The notes under the pieces were generated by a model. That model saw only the letters and a list, made by a program, of their open reading frames with translations. It made no database searches and was not told the DNA's origin. The position numbers were made by a program, and so were the translations under genes. Source: Aquificota bacterium (GTDB lineage: Bacteria; Aquificota; Aquificia; Aquificales; QOAS01). From it: DNA of 48,234 nucleotides. Shown one piece after another: positions 1 to 10,342 of this stretch (its first letter is position 1; each line of letters begins with the position of its first letter). Location of the stretch: NCBI GenBank assembly GCA_013154305.1, contig JAADCT010000005.1, positions 1 to 48,234 of the forward strand, written 5' to 3'.

Positions 1-1171
1 CTTTTTTGATGCGTTCGACGCCCTCGACGATTTCGTCGTCGCTGTTGCAGTAAGAGAGCCGCAGAAAACCCTCGTAGCCGAAGGCGCTTCCCGGAACGAC
101 GGCTACTTTTGCCTCTTCGAGGAGGTATTCGGTAAAGGCCAGGTCGTTTTCGAACTTCGCGACCCAATTTCGGAAGTTGGGAAAGACGTAAAAGGCCCCT
201 TTGGGTTTGTTTACCTTAACCTCGGGAATTTCGTTCAGCTTGGCCAGCATCAGGTCGCGGCGGCGCTCAAAGGTGGTCCTCATCCTTTCGACGAACTTTT
301 TACCTTCGGGATTTTTAAGGGCCTCGAGGGCGCCGTATTGGGCGAAGGTCGTTACGTTGGAAATGGATTGACTGTTTAGGTTGGCCAAAACCTTGGCGTA
401 ATCCTCGTTCGGACAACCGACGAAGCCGACCCTCCAACCGGTCATGGAGTAGGTTTTGGAAAAGGCGTTAACCGTAAAGGTGATTTTCTTGACCTCCTCC
501 CCGAAGGAGGCTATCGAGGTGTGCCTTACCCCGTCGTAGGTAAAGGCCTCGTAACACTCGTCGGAAATTATCAAAATCCCCCTTTCGAGGCAAAATTCGG
601 CAATCTCTTTGAGGTTCTTTTCGTCGACGACCGCACCGGTCGGGTTGTTGGGAGAGTTCAGGACCAAAACCTTCGTCCGGTCGCTTACGAAGGGCCTTAG
701 GTCGTCGACGGTTAAAACGAAGTTTCTTTCCTCCTCGGTCGGAACCTCGACCGGAACGCCCCCGAAGAGTTTTATCTGCTCGGTGTAGGAGACCCAATAG
801 GGGGCGGGGACGAGAACCTCGTCGCCCTCGTCGAGGAGGGCCATAAAGAGCAAAAAGAGGACGTTTTTGGCACCGGCGGACACGACCACCTCGGAAGGTT
901 TGTATTCGACGCCGTTTTCGACTTTAAACTTTTCGGCGAGCGCCTCGCGAAGCTCGGGAATGCCGGCGGCGGGAGCGTACTTGGTCTTTCCCTCCCGGAG
1001 GGCCTTTATTGCCGCCTCCTTAATAAACTCGGGGGTGTCGAAGTCGGGTTCGCCGGCCCCGAAGCCTATTACGGGAACTCCTTTTGCCTTTAACTCTTTT
1101 GCTTTGGCGCTTATGGCCAGCGTGGGAGAGGGTTTTAGGGTTTTAACGCGTTTGGAGAGCTTCGGTTCCAT
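1..1171 (-). CDS. aspC: Aspartate aminotransferase, class I PLP-dependent (C-terminus lies off-window)
   Basis: The reverse frame is open from the window edge to the ATG at 1169-1171. It is absent from the ORF track because no stop lies in the window. My translation reads MEPKLSKRVKTLKPSPTLAISAKAKELKAKGVPVIGFGAGEPDFDTP...KTKYAPAAGIPELREALAEKF...LNSPNNPTGAV...NAFSKTYSMTGWRVGF. This is typical of Thermus/Bacillus-type AspAT, including the PLP-lysine motif. Confidence 0.9.
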   Translation of the reverse strand, partial: MEPKLSKRVKTLKPSPTLAISAKAKELKAKGVPVIGFGAGEPDFDTPEFIKEAAIKALREGKTKYAPAAGIPELREALAEKFKVENGVEYKPSEVVVSAGAKNVLFLLFMALLDEGDEVLVPAPYWVSYTEQIKLFGGVPVEVPTEEERNFVLTVDDLRPFVSDRTKVLVLNSPNNPTGAVVDEKNLKEIAEFCLERGILIISDECYEAFTYDGVRHTSIASFGEEVKKITFTVNAFSKTYSMTGWRVGFVGCPNEDYAKVLANLNSQSISNVTTFAQYGALEALKNPEGKKFVERMRTTFERRRDLMLAKLNEIPEVKVNKPKGAFYVFPNFRNWVAKFENDLAFTEYLLEEAKVAVVPGSAFGYEGFLRLSYCNSDDEIVEGVERIKK

Positions 1172-1198
1172 CCTAAGTTCTACAAGTTTATAACTTCG

Positions 1199-1774
1199 AT
1201 GGGGTACCCGAGCGAGAGGGAAAGGTTTCTAAAACGGCTGAAGGAACTTCTTACTTTTACCCACCGAACGGGAAGGGTGTTTTTCGGCCTTGACACGGCC
1301 AAGGAACTCGTTTCGAGACGCTACAGGGGGTTTTTAATAGTGGCGGCCGACGCCTCCCCCCGGGTGGACCGCGAGGTTTCCTTTTTCCGGAAAAAGGGCT
1401 ACAATTTTTACAAGCTTCCGGTCGGTAAAGAGGAACTCGGCTCTTGGTTCGGAAAGCGGACAGTCGGCGTCCTGTTTCTGCCCAACGCAAATCTTACCTA
1501 TAAAATAGAACAATTGCTTCGGGACGGCCGCCGTTGGCTCTTAAAACCAGGGGAGGTAGAAAAACTTGAAGCTGAAAGAGTACGCCGAACAGCTGGGCGT
1601 GGACTACAAAAAGTTAAGGCAAATTTTAATAGAAACTTTGGGGCTCGACCCGAAAAAAATAAAGGCCTCGACGAAGGTAACCGAGGACCTGAAGCAGACG
1701 ATAGACCTCCTCGTCGAGGCCCTGAAGGCGGCGCCTCCTCCCGCACCCGCCGAAGAGAAGAAGGAGGCGGTTGA
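1199..1774 (+). CDS. ylxQ: L7Ae/YlxQ-family RNA-binding protein. The conserved part is about the first 107 aa; the ORF has no stop until 1774, inside infB.
   Basis: RTGRVFFGLDTAKELVSRRYRGFLIVAADASPRVDREVSFFRKKGYNFYKLPVGKEELGSWFGKRTVGVLFL fits the L7Ae/YlxQ pattern, and the gene holds the classical position just upstream of infB. The last roughly 70 codons are an alternative frame of infB. Confidence 0.65.
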   Translation: MGYPSERERFLKRLKELLTFTHRTGRVFFGLDTAKELVSRRYRGFLIVAADASPRVDREVSFFRKKGYNFYKLPVGKEELGSWFGKRTVGVLFLPNANLTYKIEQLLRDGRRWLLKPGEVEKLEAERVRRTAGRGLQKVKANFNRNFGARPEKNKGLDEGNRGPEADDRPPRRGPEGGASSRTRRREEGGG

Positions 1775-4109
1775 GGAAAAACCCCAACCGGTTGAGGTTA
1801 AGGAGGAAAAACCCGCCGAGGAGAAAAAGGAAGAGGAGGAAAAAACCCTTACGGAGGAAGAAAGGCGCCGTCGCGAGCTGATGGAGCTCCTCGAAAAGTC
1901 GAGGGAGGCGCTTTTGGAAAAGTTGCGCTTTGAGGAGGAGGAGGAAGAGGAGGAGGAGCGGCGCTACCTGCTGGCAGAGCCCTACGAGGTCGTCGACGAG
2001 AAAAAGCGCGAGGAGATTAAGAAAAAGGCGGAGGAGCTCAAAAAGCTGGACGAGTTTTCGCTGCTAAAAAAGCTCCAGGCCTTGACCAAGGACCTCCTTC
2101 CCGAGGAGGAGAGGGCCGGGGAGGCGAAACCCTCCGAGGAAATGAAGGACAAAAAACAGAAAAAGAAAAAGGAAAAAGAGAAGAAGAAACCTATGCCGGG
2201 CGAAAAGAGGAAGGAATTTATGGAACGGCAAAAGATGGAGCAAAAGGTTCAGCAAAAGCAGCAACCCAAAAAGCCGGCGCGCCCTCCCAAGCGTAAGAAG
2301 GAGGAAGAGGACCTCAAAATCGTTCAAATTCCCGAGGTCATTACCGTCAGGGAATTGGCCGAGCTTCTCGACGTGTCGCCCAACGAGATTATCGCCGAAC
2401 TGATGAAAAGGGGCATTTTGGCAACCATAAACCACACGATAGACCCCCAGGTTGCGGTCGAGATTGCCGAGCAGTTCGGCTATCTGGCCGAGGTTAAGAC
2501 GGCCGAGGAGGAAGTCGAGGAGCTGGTGGAGGCCGAGCAGGAGGAGAGCCCGGAGGAGCTGGAGGAGCGCCCGCCGGTGGTGGTCGTTATGGGCCACGTC
2601 GACCACGGAAAGACCTCGCTTCTGGACCGCATCAGGAAGACCGACGTGGCCCGCCGCGAAAAGGGCGGAATTACCCAGCACATCGGAGCCTCACAGGTGG
2701 AACTTCCCAGCGGTAAGAAGATTACCTTCCTCGACACGCCGGGCCACGAGGCCTTTACCACTTTGAGGGCCCGCGGCGCCAAGGTGGCCGACATAGCGGT
2801 TTTGGTGGTGGCGGCCGACGACGGCGTTATGCCGCAAACGGTTGAGGCCATAAACCACGCCAAGGACGCCGGAATTCCGATAATCGTCGCCGTTAACAAG
2901 ATAGACCTGCCGCAGGCCAATCCGGAAAAGGTCCTGAGGGAGCTGTCCGAGCACGGTCTCATTCCCGAGGATTGGGGGGGCGACACTCCGGTGGTCCGCG
3001 TTTCGGCCAAAACGGGCGAGGGCATCGACGAGCTGTTGGAAATGATTACGCTGGTGGCCGAGCTGGAAGAGCTCCGCGCCAACCCCAAGGGCAAGACCAA
3101 GGCGGTCATCATCGAAACGAAGCTCGACCCCAAAAGGGGACCGGTGGCCACCGCGATAGTTCAAAACGGAACGCTGCGCGTGGGCGACATCTTCGTGGCC
3201 GGCGCAACCCACGGGCGCGTCAGGGCGATGATAGACGACAAGGGGCGCCGCCTCAGGGAGGCCCCGCCCGGAACGCCGGTGGAAATTTTGGGTTTTGAGG
3301 AGCTTCCCGAACCGGGTGATACGCTCATCGTCGTCCCCGACGAGCGGACGGCCAAACAGCTGGCCGAGCAGCGCAAGCGTCAAAAGGAGCAGGAAAAGCT
3401 CAAGGGAACGGCCCTCCGCCTGGAGGAAATTTACGAGAAAATCCAAAGCGGGGAGCTCAAGGAGCTCAAGATAGTCCTCAAGGCGGACGCCATAGGTTCG
3501 ATAGAGGCCCTCAAGAAGGCGCTGGAGGAACTTTCGACCGACAAGGTGAAGGTTTCGATAATCCACTCGGGGGTGGGCGCCATTTCCGAGAGCGACATCA
3601 TGCTGGCCAAGGCCTCGGGCGCCATCGTCATAGGCTTTAACACCCGCCCCAACCCGGCGGCGCGGCGCCTGCTGGAGGAGGAAAAGGTCGACGTCAGGAC
3701 CTACGGCGTCATCTACGACGCGGTCGAGGACGTCAAGAAGGCCCTCGAGGGTCTGCTCGAGCCCGAAAAGGTGGAAGAGGTCATCGGCCAGGCCGAGGTC
3801 CGCGCCACCTTCAAAATCAAAAAGGTCGGAACGGTCGCCGGTTGCTACGTCATCGACGGTAAGCTGGTTCGGGGCGCCAAGGCCCGCCTCATTCGCGAGG
3901 GCGTCGTCGTCTACGACGGGGAAATCGAAAGCCTCAAGCGCTTCAAAGAGGACGTTAAGGAGGTTCCCAAGGGCTACGAGTGCGGCGTCAAGCTCAAGGA
4001 CTTTAACGACGTTAAGGTGGGCGACATTATAGAGTGCTACGAAATTCGCTTCGTCAAACCGAAGTTGGAGTTTGACAAGAAGGAGCCCCAAAAGGGGTCC
4101 TCTCAATAA
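1566..4109 (+). CDS. infB: Translation initiation factor IF-2
   Basis: TTG start. It has an IF2_N-like N-terminus ([17 protein letters not shown]), an E/K-rich linker, the G-domain motifs [17 protein letters not shown] and NKID, and a C-terminal IF2 domain. Confidence 0.97.
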   Translation: MKLKEYAEQLGVDYKKLRQILIETLGLDPKKIKASTKVTEDLKQTIDLLVEALKAAPPPAPAEEKKEAVEEKPQPVEVKEEKPAEEKKEEEEKTLTEEERRRRELMELLEKSREALLEKLRFEEEEEEEEERRYLLAEPYEVVDEKKREEIKKKAEELKKLDEFSLLKKLQALTKDLLPEEERAGEAKPSEEMKDKKQKKKKEKEKKKPMPGEKRKEFMERQKMEQKVQQKQQPKKPARPPKRKKEEEDLKIVQIPEVITVRELAELLDVSPNEIIAELMKRGILATINHTIDPQVAVEIAEQFGYLAEVKTAEEEVEELVEAEQEESPEELEERPPVVVVMGHVDHGKTSLLDRIRKTDVARREKGGITQHIGASQVELPSGKKITFLDTPGHEAFTTLRARGAKVADIAVLVVAADDGVMPQTVEAINHAKDAGIPIIVAVNKIDLPQANPEKVLRELSEHGLIPEDWGGDTPVVRVSAKTGEGIDELLEMITLVAELEELRANPKGKTKAVIIETKLDPKRGPVATAIVQNGTLRVGDIFVAGATHGRVRAMIDDKGRRLREAPPGTPVEILGFEELPEPGDTLIVVPDERTAKQLAEQRKRQKEQEKLKGTALRLEEIYEKIQSGELKELKIVLKADAIGSIEALKKALEELSTDKVKVSIIHSGVGAISESDIMLAKASGAIVIGFNTRPNPAARRLLEEEKVDVRTYGVIYDAVEDVKKALEGLLEPEKVEEVIGQAEVRATFKIKKVGTVAGCYVIDGKLVRGAKARLIREGVVVYDGEIESLKRFKEDVKEVPKGYECGVKLKDFNDVKVGDIIECYEIRFVKPKLEFDKKEPQKGSSQ

Positions 4110-4154
4110 GTCCCCCTTTCGGTCCCGTTTCCCTAAATTTCCTTTCTTCGGTCT

Positions 4155-5117
4155 ATGGAGGGGAAACCTTTAATCGTCATCGGCGGTCCGACCGGCGTGG
4201 GTAAGACCGACCTTTCGCTCCGTCTGGCGGAGAAGGTCGGCGGCGAAATTGTCAGCGCCGACTCGATGGCCGTTTACAAGTTTATGGACGTCGGAACGGC
4301 CAAACCCTCCCCCGCGGAGCGGGCTAAGGTCAAACACTACCTGATAGACGTGGTCGAGCCGACCGAGACTTTTTCGATAAAGCGCTTTATCGACGAGGCG
4401 GACGCCGCCGTCAAGGAGATTTGGAGAAGGGGAAAAGTTCCGATAGTGGTCGGCGGAACCTACATGTACCTGCACCCGTTTCTCTACGGTTTGGCCGACA
4501 CCCCTCCGGGGGACTGGAAGGTCAGGGAGGAGCTCTACCGCCTGGCGGAGGAAAGGGGTAAGGACCACCTTTGGAGGACGCTCCTGGAGGTCGACCCCGC
4601 CTACGCGGCCAAAATCCACAAAAACGACCTGCGGAGGATAGTGAGGGCGCTGGAGGTATACCGACTGACGGGAAGGCCCTACTCCTCCTTCCACACCAAT
4701 TGGGAAAACGCAAAACCCCGCTATCCCTACCTGGGGGTCTTTTTGGTCCGCCCGTGGGAAAGTCAATACCGCCGGATTCGAAACCGCGTTTGGGACATGA
4801 TTAGGAGCGGCCTCCTGGGGGAGATTTTAAACCTTCTGAAGATGGGCTTTCGGGAGGCGATAACCTCACCCCAGGCGATAGACTACAAGGAGTTTCTGCC
4901 CTACTTCGAGGGTAAAAAAAGTTTGGTCGAGTGCGTCGAGGAGGCCGTCCGCCGCACCAAGGAGCAGGCCAAGCGCCAGCTCCGCTGGTTCAAGCGTTAC
5001 AAAGACTGGCTGAAGGTCGACCTCGACGAGGTTCCGCCCGAAAGGGCGGTCGACCTGATAATAAGGGAATACGAACGCCGCTTCAGCGACCGAAAAGCTC
5101 CCTCTTTAGGGCCCTGA
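4155..5117 (+). CDS. miaA: tRNA dimethylallyltransferase
   Basis: P-loop GPTGVGKTDLSLRLA, then EIVSADSMAVYKFMDVGTAKPS and VGGTYMY. These are typical MiaA motifs. Confidence 0.94.
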   Translation: MEGKPLIVIGGPTGVGKTDLSLRLAEKVGGEIVSADSMAVYKFMDVGTAKPSPAERAKVKHYLIDVVEPTETFSIKRFIDEADAAVKEIWRRGKVPIVVGGTYMYLHPFLYGLADTPPGDWKVREELYRLAEERGKDHLWRTLLEVDPAYAAKIHKNDLRRIVRALEVYRLTGRPYSSFHTNWENAKPRYPYLGVFLVRPWESQYRRIRNRVWDMIRSGLLGEILNLLKMGFREAITSPQAIDYKEFLPYFEGKKSLVECVEEAVRRTKEQAKRQLRWFKRYKDWLKVDLDEVPPERAVDLIIREYERRFSDRKAPSLGP

Positions 5118-5343
5118 GGAGGGAGGCAAAGTCCTCGACGGTCCTCTCGTAGGCCCTTTTGAGGTTTCCCTCCTCCCTGTAGTGGTTCAAAATTCCGCTC
5201 AAAAAGAGGGTCAGGAAGGTAATCGCCGCAACCAGCAGGAGGAAAAGGAGGAGCTTGAAGGCCAGCCGCAGGAGAAGGAGGAGCAAAAGGACCCCTCCCA
5301 AGGCGGCCAGGAAAACCTTCGCCTCCCTCGGAAGGTTTCTCAA
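5083..5343 (-). CDS. Small hypothetical membrane protein (two predicted TM helices)
   Basis: 86-aa ORF with an L-rich hydrophobic core (VFLAALGGVLLLLLLLRLAFKLLLFLLLVAAITFLTLFL). Its TTG start overlaps the purM stop codon, implying coupling. I recognise no homology. Confidence 0.4.
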   Translation of the reverse strand: MRNLPREAKVFLAALGGVLLLLLLLRLAFKLLLFLLLVAAITFLTLFLSGILNHYREEGNLKRAYERTVEDFASLLRALKRELFGR

Positions 5344-6353
5344 ACTATCCTCACCTCCTTGGGTCCTTTTTCAATTCTTCCGATTATGCGGGCCCCGTCG
5401 AGGAGACCGAGGACCCTTTGGGCCGTTTGGGGGTCGAAGACGAAAATCATCCCCACCCCCATGTTGAAGGTTTTAAACATCTCCTCCTCGGGCACCCTTC
5501 CCTCGCGCCGAATCCACTCGAAAATCCCGAGTTTGGGAAGTTTTTCCTTTTCCACTATTGCGGTAAGCCCTTCGGGGAGAATTCGCACGAGGTTGCCGGG
5601 AATGCCGCCTCCCGTTACGTGAGCTATGCCCTTTGGTTTTAGACCGGCCTCTTTTAACCTTTTAACCTCCTCGGCGTAAATTCGTGTCGGCGTCAGCAAA
5701 ACCTCGCCGAGAACGCCGCCGAGTTCCTCCACAAATTGGTCGTAGCGATAGCCGCGGTCTTCTACTATCTTCCTGACGAGGGAAAAGCCGTTGGAGTGTA
5801 TTCCGCTGGAGGGAAGGCCCACCAAGAGGTCGCCCTCGGCTATCTCCTTTCCGGTTATGAGCTCGTCCCGGTCGACGGCGCCGACGCAAAAGCCCGCCAG
5901 GTCGTACTCGCCCGGTGCGTAAAAGCCGGGCATTTCGGCCGTCTCTCCCCCTACCAGGTAGCAACCGGCCCGCTTGCAACCTTCGACTATACCGTCGATA
6001 ATCTGCTCGAGGACTCTCAGCTCCAGTTTTCCGGTGGCGATGTAGTCGAGGAAAAAGAGGGGGTCGGCCCAGGTGGTCAGGAGGTCGTTGACGTTCATGG
6101 CAACCAGGTCTATGCCAACCGTATCGTGCTTGTCCATCGCCTGGGCGATTTTGAGTTTCGTTCCGACGCCGTCGGTGGTCGACACCAAAACGGGACTTTT
6201 GTACTTTTTGAGGTCGAGCAGGTATCCGGCCGCAAAGCCGCCGAAGGGCGTTATCACCTCGGGCCCTTGGACCTCCCCCACGCGGCGTTTGACGTATTCG
6301 ACGAAGCGGTCGGCCTTTTCGAGGTCGACGCCCGCGTCCCTGTAGGTGGTCAT
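5340..6353 (-). CDS. purM: Phosphoribosylformylglycinamidine cyclo-ligase (AIR synthetase)
   Basis: MTTYRDAGVDLEKADRFV..., DGVGTKLKIA and GGETAEMPG are canonical PurM motifs. Confidence 0.96.
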   Translation of the reverse strand: MTTYRDAGVDLEKADRFVEYVKRRVGEVQGPEVITPFGGFAAGYLLDLKKYKSPVLVSTTDGVGTKLKIAQAMDKHDTVGIDLVAMNVNDLLTTWADPLFFLDYIATGKLELRVLEQIIDGIVEGCKRAGCYLVGGETAEMPGFYAPGEYDLAGFCVGAVDRDELITGKEIAEGDLLVGLPSSGIHSNGFSLVRKIVEDRGYRYDQFVEELGGVLGEVLLTPTRIYAEEVKRLKEAGLKPKGIAHVTGGGIPGNLVRILPEGLTAIVEKEKLPKLGIFEWIRREGRVPEEEMFKTFNMGVGMIFVFDPQTAQRVLGLLDGARIIGRIEKGPKEVRIV

Positions 6354-6401
6354 AAGGAAAAACTTTAAGCGGCGGCCGGCGATAAATTCCTCTTAAAGGA
6401 A

Positions 6402-7553
6402 ATGTTCAAAATAAAGAGCCGCCCGGAGGACTTTTTCGTAAAGGAGCTCGTAAACCTCCCGCTGGAAAAGGAGGGCGAATACGCCTACTACAGGCTGAGG
6501 AAGGTGGACCGAAACACCGTCGACGTCGTCCGCGAACTGGCCAAAAGGTGGAAGGTTCCGGTAAAGGACGTTACCTTCGCCGGACTCAAGGACAAAAACG
6601 CCGTAACGGAGCAATACCTGGCCGTCCGCGGGCTGAAAAATCCCCCCGAAAAGCTGGAGGGTGAAAACTACGAGCTGACGCTGGTGGGCTTCGGAAACGA
6701 GCCGCTGGAGCTGGGAAAGTTTGAGGGGAACTACTTTGAGATAGTGGTCCGCGAGGTTTCCCGCGCCGAGAGGGAACGGGCCGAGAGGAACCTGCCCTTC
6801 GTAAGCCGCTACGGCTTTGCCAACTACTTTGGCGAGCAGCGCTTCGGCTCGGTAAAAAACGCCAAAGAGTTTTTGGTCCGCCACCTTCTGAAGCACCGCT
6901 ACGAGGATGCTCTGCGCGAGTACTTGCTCTCTTACAGCGACTGGCGGATGAAGCGAACGCTCAAAAAGCTTTGGGGAAACTGGAGGGCCTTTTTGAGGGC
7001 GATGCCAAAGGCCGCAACCTACGAGCGGAAGGTGGTCGAGGAGCTGGCAAAGGGCGTTCCCTTCCGCCAGGCCTTTATGGCCCTTCCCAAAAACGTTCGG
7101 TTGATGTTCTCCTTTACCTTTCAAAGTTACCTGTGGAACCGATACCTCTATCGGTTCGTCGTTAGGTACTTTCCCTACTGCGAGGTGCCCTCCGGAGTCA
7201 AAGATTGGACCTACGCCTTTTACAAGAAGATGAACGACCGGATTTTCGAACAAATCAAGGACCTCGAAATTCCCTACCTCGGCGTCGAGTACAAACCCAA
7301 AGACCCCAAGGTGGCCAAAATAATCGAGGAGGTCCTGCGGGAGGAGGGCATCACCCCCGACCTGCTCGGGGAGGAAAGGATAGGGATAAAACTCTTTTCC
7401 GACGGCGTCAGGAAGGCCGTGGCCGTTCCCAAGGACCTAAAAATGGAAAGGCTCGGCCGCTCGACGGTAAAACTCTCCTTCGTCCTCCCGCCGGGCAGTT
7501 ACGCGACCGTCCTTTTGAGGAAACTCTTTCTCTGTGAGCGCGACGATACTTAA
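6402..7553 (+). CDS. truD: tRNA pseudouridine(13) synthase TruD
   Basis: FAGLKDKNAVTEQ carries the catalytic Asp in the GxKD motif, and FANYFGEQRFG is also present. The length of about 380 aa fits the family. Confidence 0.88.
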   Translation: MFKIKSRPEDFFVKELVNLPLEKEGEYAYYRLRKVDRNTVDVVRELAKRWKVPVKDVTFAGLKDKNAVTEQYLAVRGLKNPPEKLEGENYELTLVGFGNEPLELGKFEGNYFEIVVREVSRAERERAERNLPFVSRYGFANYFGEQRFGSVKNAKEFLVRHLLKHRYEDALREYLLSYSDWRMKRTLKKLWGNWRAFLRAMPKAATYERKVVEELAKGVPFRQAFMALPKNVRLMFSFTFQSYLWNRYLYRFVVRYFPYCEVPSGVKDWTYAFYKKMNDRIFEQIKDLEIPYLGVEYKPKDPKVAKIIEEVLREEGITPDLLGEERIGIKLFSDGVRKAVAVPKDLKMERLGRSTVKLSFVLPPGSYATVLLRKLFLCERDDT

Positions 7554-8508
7554 CCCCTACCTGTGGGCCCTGAGGGTGAGGGAACTGCTCTACCGAAAGG
7601 GGGTCCTGAGGCGCTGCCGTCCCCCCTTTCGGACCGTATCGGTGGGAAACCTCTCGCTGGGCGGAAGCGGAAAGACCTCCACCGTTTTGGAGCTGGCGCG
7701 CTTTCTCCTCTCAAAGGGCTTTAAGGTCGCCGTCCTCCTGAGGGGTTACGGAAGGAGGACCAAAGGACCCCTGCTGGTTTCCCGCGGAGGGGGACCCCTG
7801 GTCGGGGTAAAGGAGGCCGGAGACGAGGCCTACCTTTACGCCTCCCGCCTTCGGGGCGTTTGGGTTGCCGTCGCCGAGAGGCGCTGCGAAGGCGTCGAGC
7901 TTTTGAAACCCTTCAAACCCGACTATCTTCTCCTCGACGACGCCTTTCAGCACCTGGCCGTTGAGCGCGACCTCGACGCCCTAATTCTGACGCCCGCCGA
8001 CCTTACCGACCGCCTCCTTCCCTTCGGGCGTCTGCGCGAGCCCCTTTCGGCCGTGCGGCGGGCCCACTACTGCCTCCTTTCCAAAACCCGAAAGGACGAA
8101 AGGCTCGAAAACCTCTGCAGGGAACTGAAAAAGCCCTTCGGCTACCTCCGGGTGGTCGGTTTCGAACTCTACGACGGCGAAAGGAACCTCCCCTTCGAAA
8201 CCCTAAAAGGGAAAAGGGTCGGGATAATTTCCGCCCTGGGGGACAACGAGGGCTTTCAAAAACAGGTTTTGGAGCTCGCCGACCGCCACCGCTTCGAGGT
8301 GGTGAAGGTCCTCTCCTTCCGCGACCACAGCTTTTACGAAGGCGTCGAGCTCGACCCGTCGCTGGTTTGGATTACCACCTTTAAGGACTACTACAAACTG
8401 CCGCGCGGCCCCGCCCGCCTGCTCGTTTTGGAAAGGACCTTTCGGCTACCGCCCGACTTTTTAAAAAAGGTTTTGGACGCGGAGCCGGCCTTCGGCCGGG
8501 AGGTTTAA
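7534..8508 (+). CDS. lpxK: Tetraacyldisaccharide 4'-kinase
   Basis: VGNLSLGGSGKTSTVLELARFL...LLRGYGR is the LpxK P-loop signature. The GTG start overlaps the truD 3' end by 20 nt. Confidence 0.9.
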   Translation: MSATILNPYLWALRVRELLYRKGVLRRCRPPFRTVSVGNLSLGGSGKTSTVLELARFLLSKGFKVAVLLRGYGRRTKGPLLVSRGGGPLVGVKEAGDEAYLYASRLRGVWVAVAERRCEGVELLKPFKPDYLLLDDAFQHLAVERDLDALILTPADLTDRLLPFGRLREPLSAVRRAHYCLLSKTRKDERLENLCRELKKPFGYLRVVGFELYDGERNLPFETLKGKRVGIISALGDNEGFQKQVLELADRHRFEVVKVLSFRDHSFYEGVELDPSLVWITTFKDYYKLPRGPARLLVLERTFRLPPDFLKKVLDAEPAFGREV

Positions 8509-8510
8509 AA

Positions 8511-9950
8511 ATGGCCGCCTTCGCCGCCAAGTTCTTCAGGGCCTCCTCGGCCGTCCTCTTAAGCCGCCTGCTCGGATTTTTGAGGGAGGTGCTGACGGCC
8601 GCGCTCTTTGGCGCCGGCGCCCTGACCGACGCCTTTTTCCTCGCGTGGAAAGTTCCCAACCTCTTTCGCCGCGTGCTCGGCGAGGGGGCCGTCGAAAAGG
8701 TCCTCCTTCCCTCCCTCGGAAGGAAGGCCGACCCGAACTACCTTTCGGCGGTCCTCTTTTGGTTGCTGTTCCTTTCGCTGGTAGTTGCCGCCGCTTTGGC
8801 CCTCCTTTCGGAAGAGGTGATTTCGGTCCTGGCGCCCTTCGCCCCGCCCGAAACGGTTGAGGCCGCCGCCCTAATGCTGAAGCCCCTGGCCTTTTACCTG
8901 CCGCTGATTTCGGTCGCCGCCTTTTTCGGCGCCCTCCTCCAGCACGGCGAACACTTCTTCAAGGCCTACTTCCATCAGGCGGTCTTCAACGCGGCGGCCG
9001 TTGCCCTCCTCCTGCTCCTTTCCCCCCACCTCGGCGTTTACGCCCTCGTTTGGGCCGTCCTTTTGGCCGGCGTTCTCCAAACGCTCTACGCCGCGGCGGC
9101 GGCCAAAAGGGCCGGCCTCTTCGTTTGGCCGCGGCCCTCCCTCGGGACGAGGGTCAAAAGATTTTTTAAAAACCTCGTTCCCTCCTTCTTCTCGGCCGGG
9201 GTGGGGCAGGTGGCGGTCTTGGCCGAGGCCTTTTTCGCCACCGCGGCCGGAAGCGGCGTCCTTTCGGCCCTCTACTACGCCCAAAGGCTCTACTTTTTGC
9301 CCGTTAGCCTCGTCGGAATAGCCGCCGGCCGCGTGAACCTCTCGGAACTGGCCAAGGCCGAGCCCGAACGCTTCTTCGAAAAGTTGGCCGAAGCCTCGGC
9401 GGCCGCCACCAAGCTGGTCGTTCCGCTGACGATTGCCTCGCTGGTGGCGGCCGAAAGCGCCGTTAAACTGGTCTACGAGAGGGGAAACTTCGGACCCTCC
9501 GACGCCGCCGAGGTGGCCCTTTACCTCAAGCTCTACTCCCTGGGCCTGCCGGCGGCCGTTTTGCTGCCGCTGGTTTCAAACCTCTACTACGCAAAGGGGG
9601 CCTTTTACCGCCTCTTTTTCCTGACGCTGGTTTGGCCCGCGGTTGAGGTTCTCCTTTCGGCCGTCGGCGTCTTTTACCTGCGGCTGGGAGGGGCGGCCGT
9701 GGCGGCGGCCCACTCGCTGGGGGCCTGGAGCGCCCTCCTTCTCCTCCTTTGGGACCGAAGGCTCTTTGACCTCCCCAAGGAGGTTTGGAGGCGAACGCGC
9801 CGACTTTTACCCCTTTGGGGGGCGGAGGCTCTGACCCTCCTTTGGGCGGCGGAGAACTTCGGTCAGGGAACGGAAACCTTTCTGACGGCGACCGCCTGGG
9901 GTCTCTACTTTCTGTGGGACCTGAGGAGGGAGAGAAAAAAGGGGGCTTAG
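8511..9950 (+). CDS. murJ: Lipid II flippase MurJ/MviN
   Basis: The N-terminus SRLLGFLREVLTAALFGAGALTDAFFLAWKVPNLFRRVLGEGA is typical of MurJ. The protein is polytopic and hydrophobic. Confidence 0.9.
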   Translation: MAAFAAKFFRASSAVLLSRLLGFLREVLTAALFGAGALTDAFFLAWKVPNLFRRVLGEGAVEKVLLPSLGRKADPNYLSAVLFWLLFLSLVVAAALALLSEEVISVLAPFAPPETVEAAALMLKPLAFYLPLISVAAFFGALLQHGEHFFKAYFHQAVFNAAAVALLLLLSPHLGVYALVWAVLLAGVLQTLYAAAAAKRAGLFVWPRPSLGTRVKRFFKNLVPSFFSAGVGQVAVLAEAFFATAAGSGVLSALYYAQRLYFLPVSLVGIAAGRVNLSELAKAEPERFFEKLAEASAAATKLVVPLTIASLVAAESAVKLVYERGNFGPSDAAEVALYLKLYSLGLPAAVLLPLVSNLYYAKGAFYRLFFLTLVWPAVEVLLSAVGVFYLRLGGAAVAAAHSLGAWSALLLLLWDRRLFDLPKEVWRRTRRLLPLWGAEALTLLWAAENFGQGTETFLTATAWGLYFLWDLRRERKKGA

Positions 9951-10225
9951 AGGGCGTTGACGTCGGGCTCTTGGCCCTCCTGGGTTTGCTGCTGCTCCTG
10001 ACCCTCGCCGAGGAACCTCAACTCAATCCTCTCGGAGGGAATGATGGTGGTTATCGCGTGTTTGAAAACGAGCGTTTGATTGCGACCGTCGTCGAGGAGA
10101 ATGGTGTAGGTGTCGAAGGAGCGAATGCGACCCTGGAGGCGGATGCCGTTTACCAGGTAAACCGACACCCGGATTTTTTGCTTCCTCGCGGTGTTCAGAA
10201 AGGTCTCCTGCAGCTTGTAGGGCAT
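9947..10225 (-). CDS. hfq: RNA chaperone Hfq (92 aa)
   Basis: MPYKLQETFLNTARKQKIRVSVYLVNGIRLQGRIRSFDTYTILLDDGRNQTLVFKHAITTIIP contains the Sm1 and Sm2 motifs. I chose the ATG at 10223-10225 because a GGAGG sequence lies about 9 nt upstream. The 145-aa form in the ORF track adds a non-homologous extension. Confidence 0.93.
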   Translation of the reverse strand: MPYKLQETFLNTARKQKIRVSVYLVNGIRLQGRIRSFDTYTILLDDGRNQTLVFKHAITTIIPSERIELRFLGEGQEQQQTQEGQEPDVNAL

Positions 10226-10342
10226 TGTCTTTAACCTCCGCTTTTTCTCTTTTTTTACTTCTTTTCTTATTATCCAAAAAGCGGACCGCCCCGGCCTTAA
10301 ACCGAAAGGTTTTCTCGGGAGGCAAAATGGCCTAAACTTAAG

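Noticed and set aside
468-1193. Track ORFs 468-797 (-) and 867-1193 (+) at the left edge
   Set aside because: Both lie inside the clearly homologous minus-strand aspartate aminotransferase frame, which the track omitted because it runs off-window. They are off-frame or antisense shadows.
1700-2330. The highly repetitive GAG/GAA/AAG-rich stretch might be a tandem repeat or an array
   Set aside because: It is the E/K-rich low-complexity linker of the IF-2 N-terminal region. It is in frame, has no fixed repeat unit or spacers, and is typical of infB.
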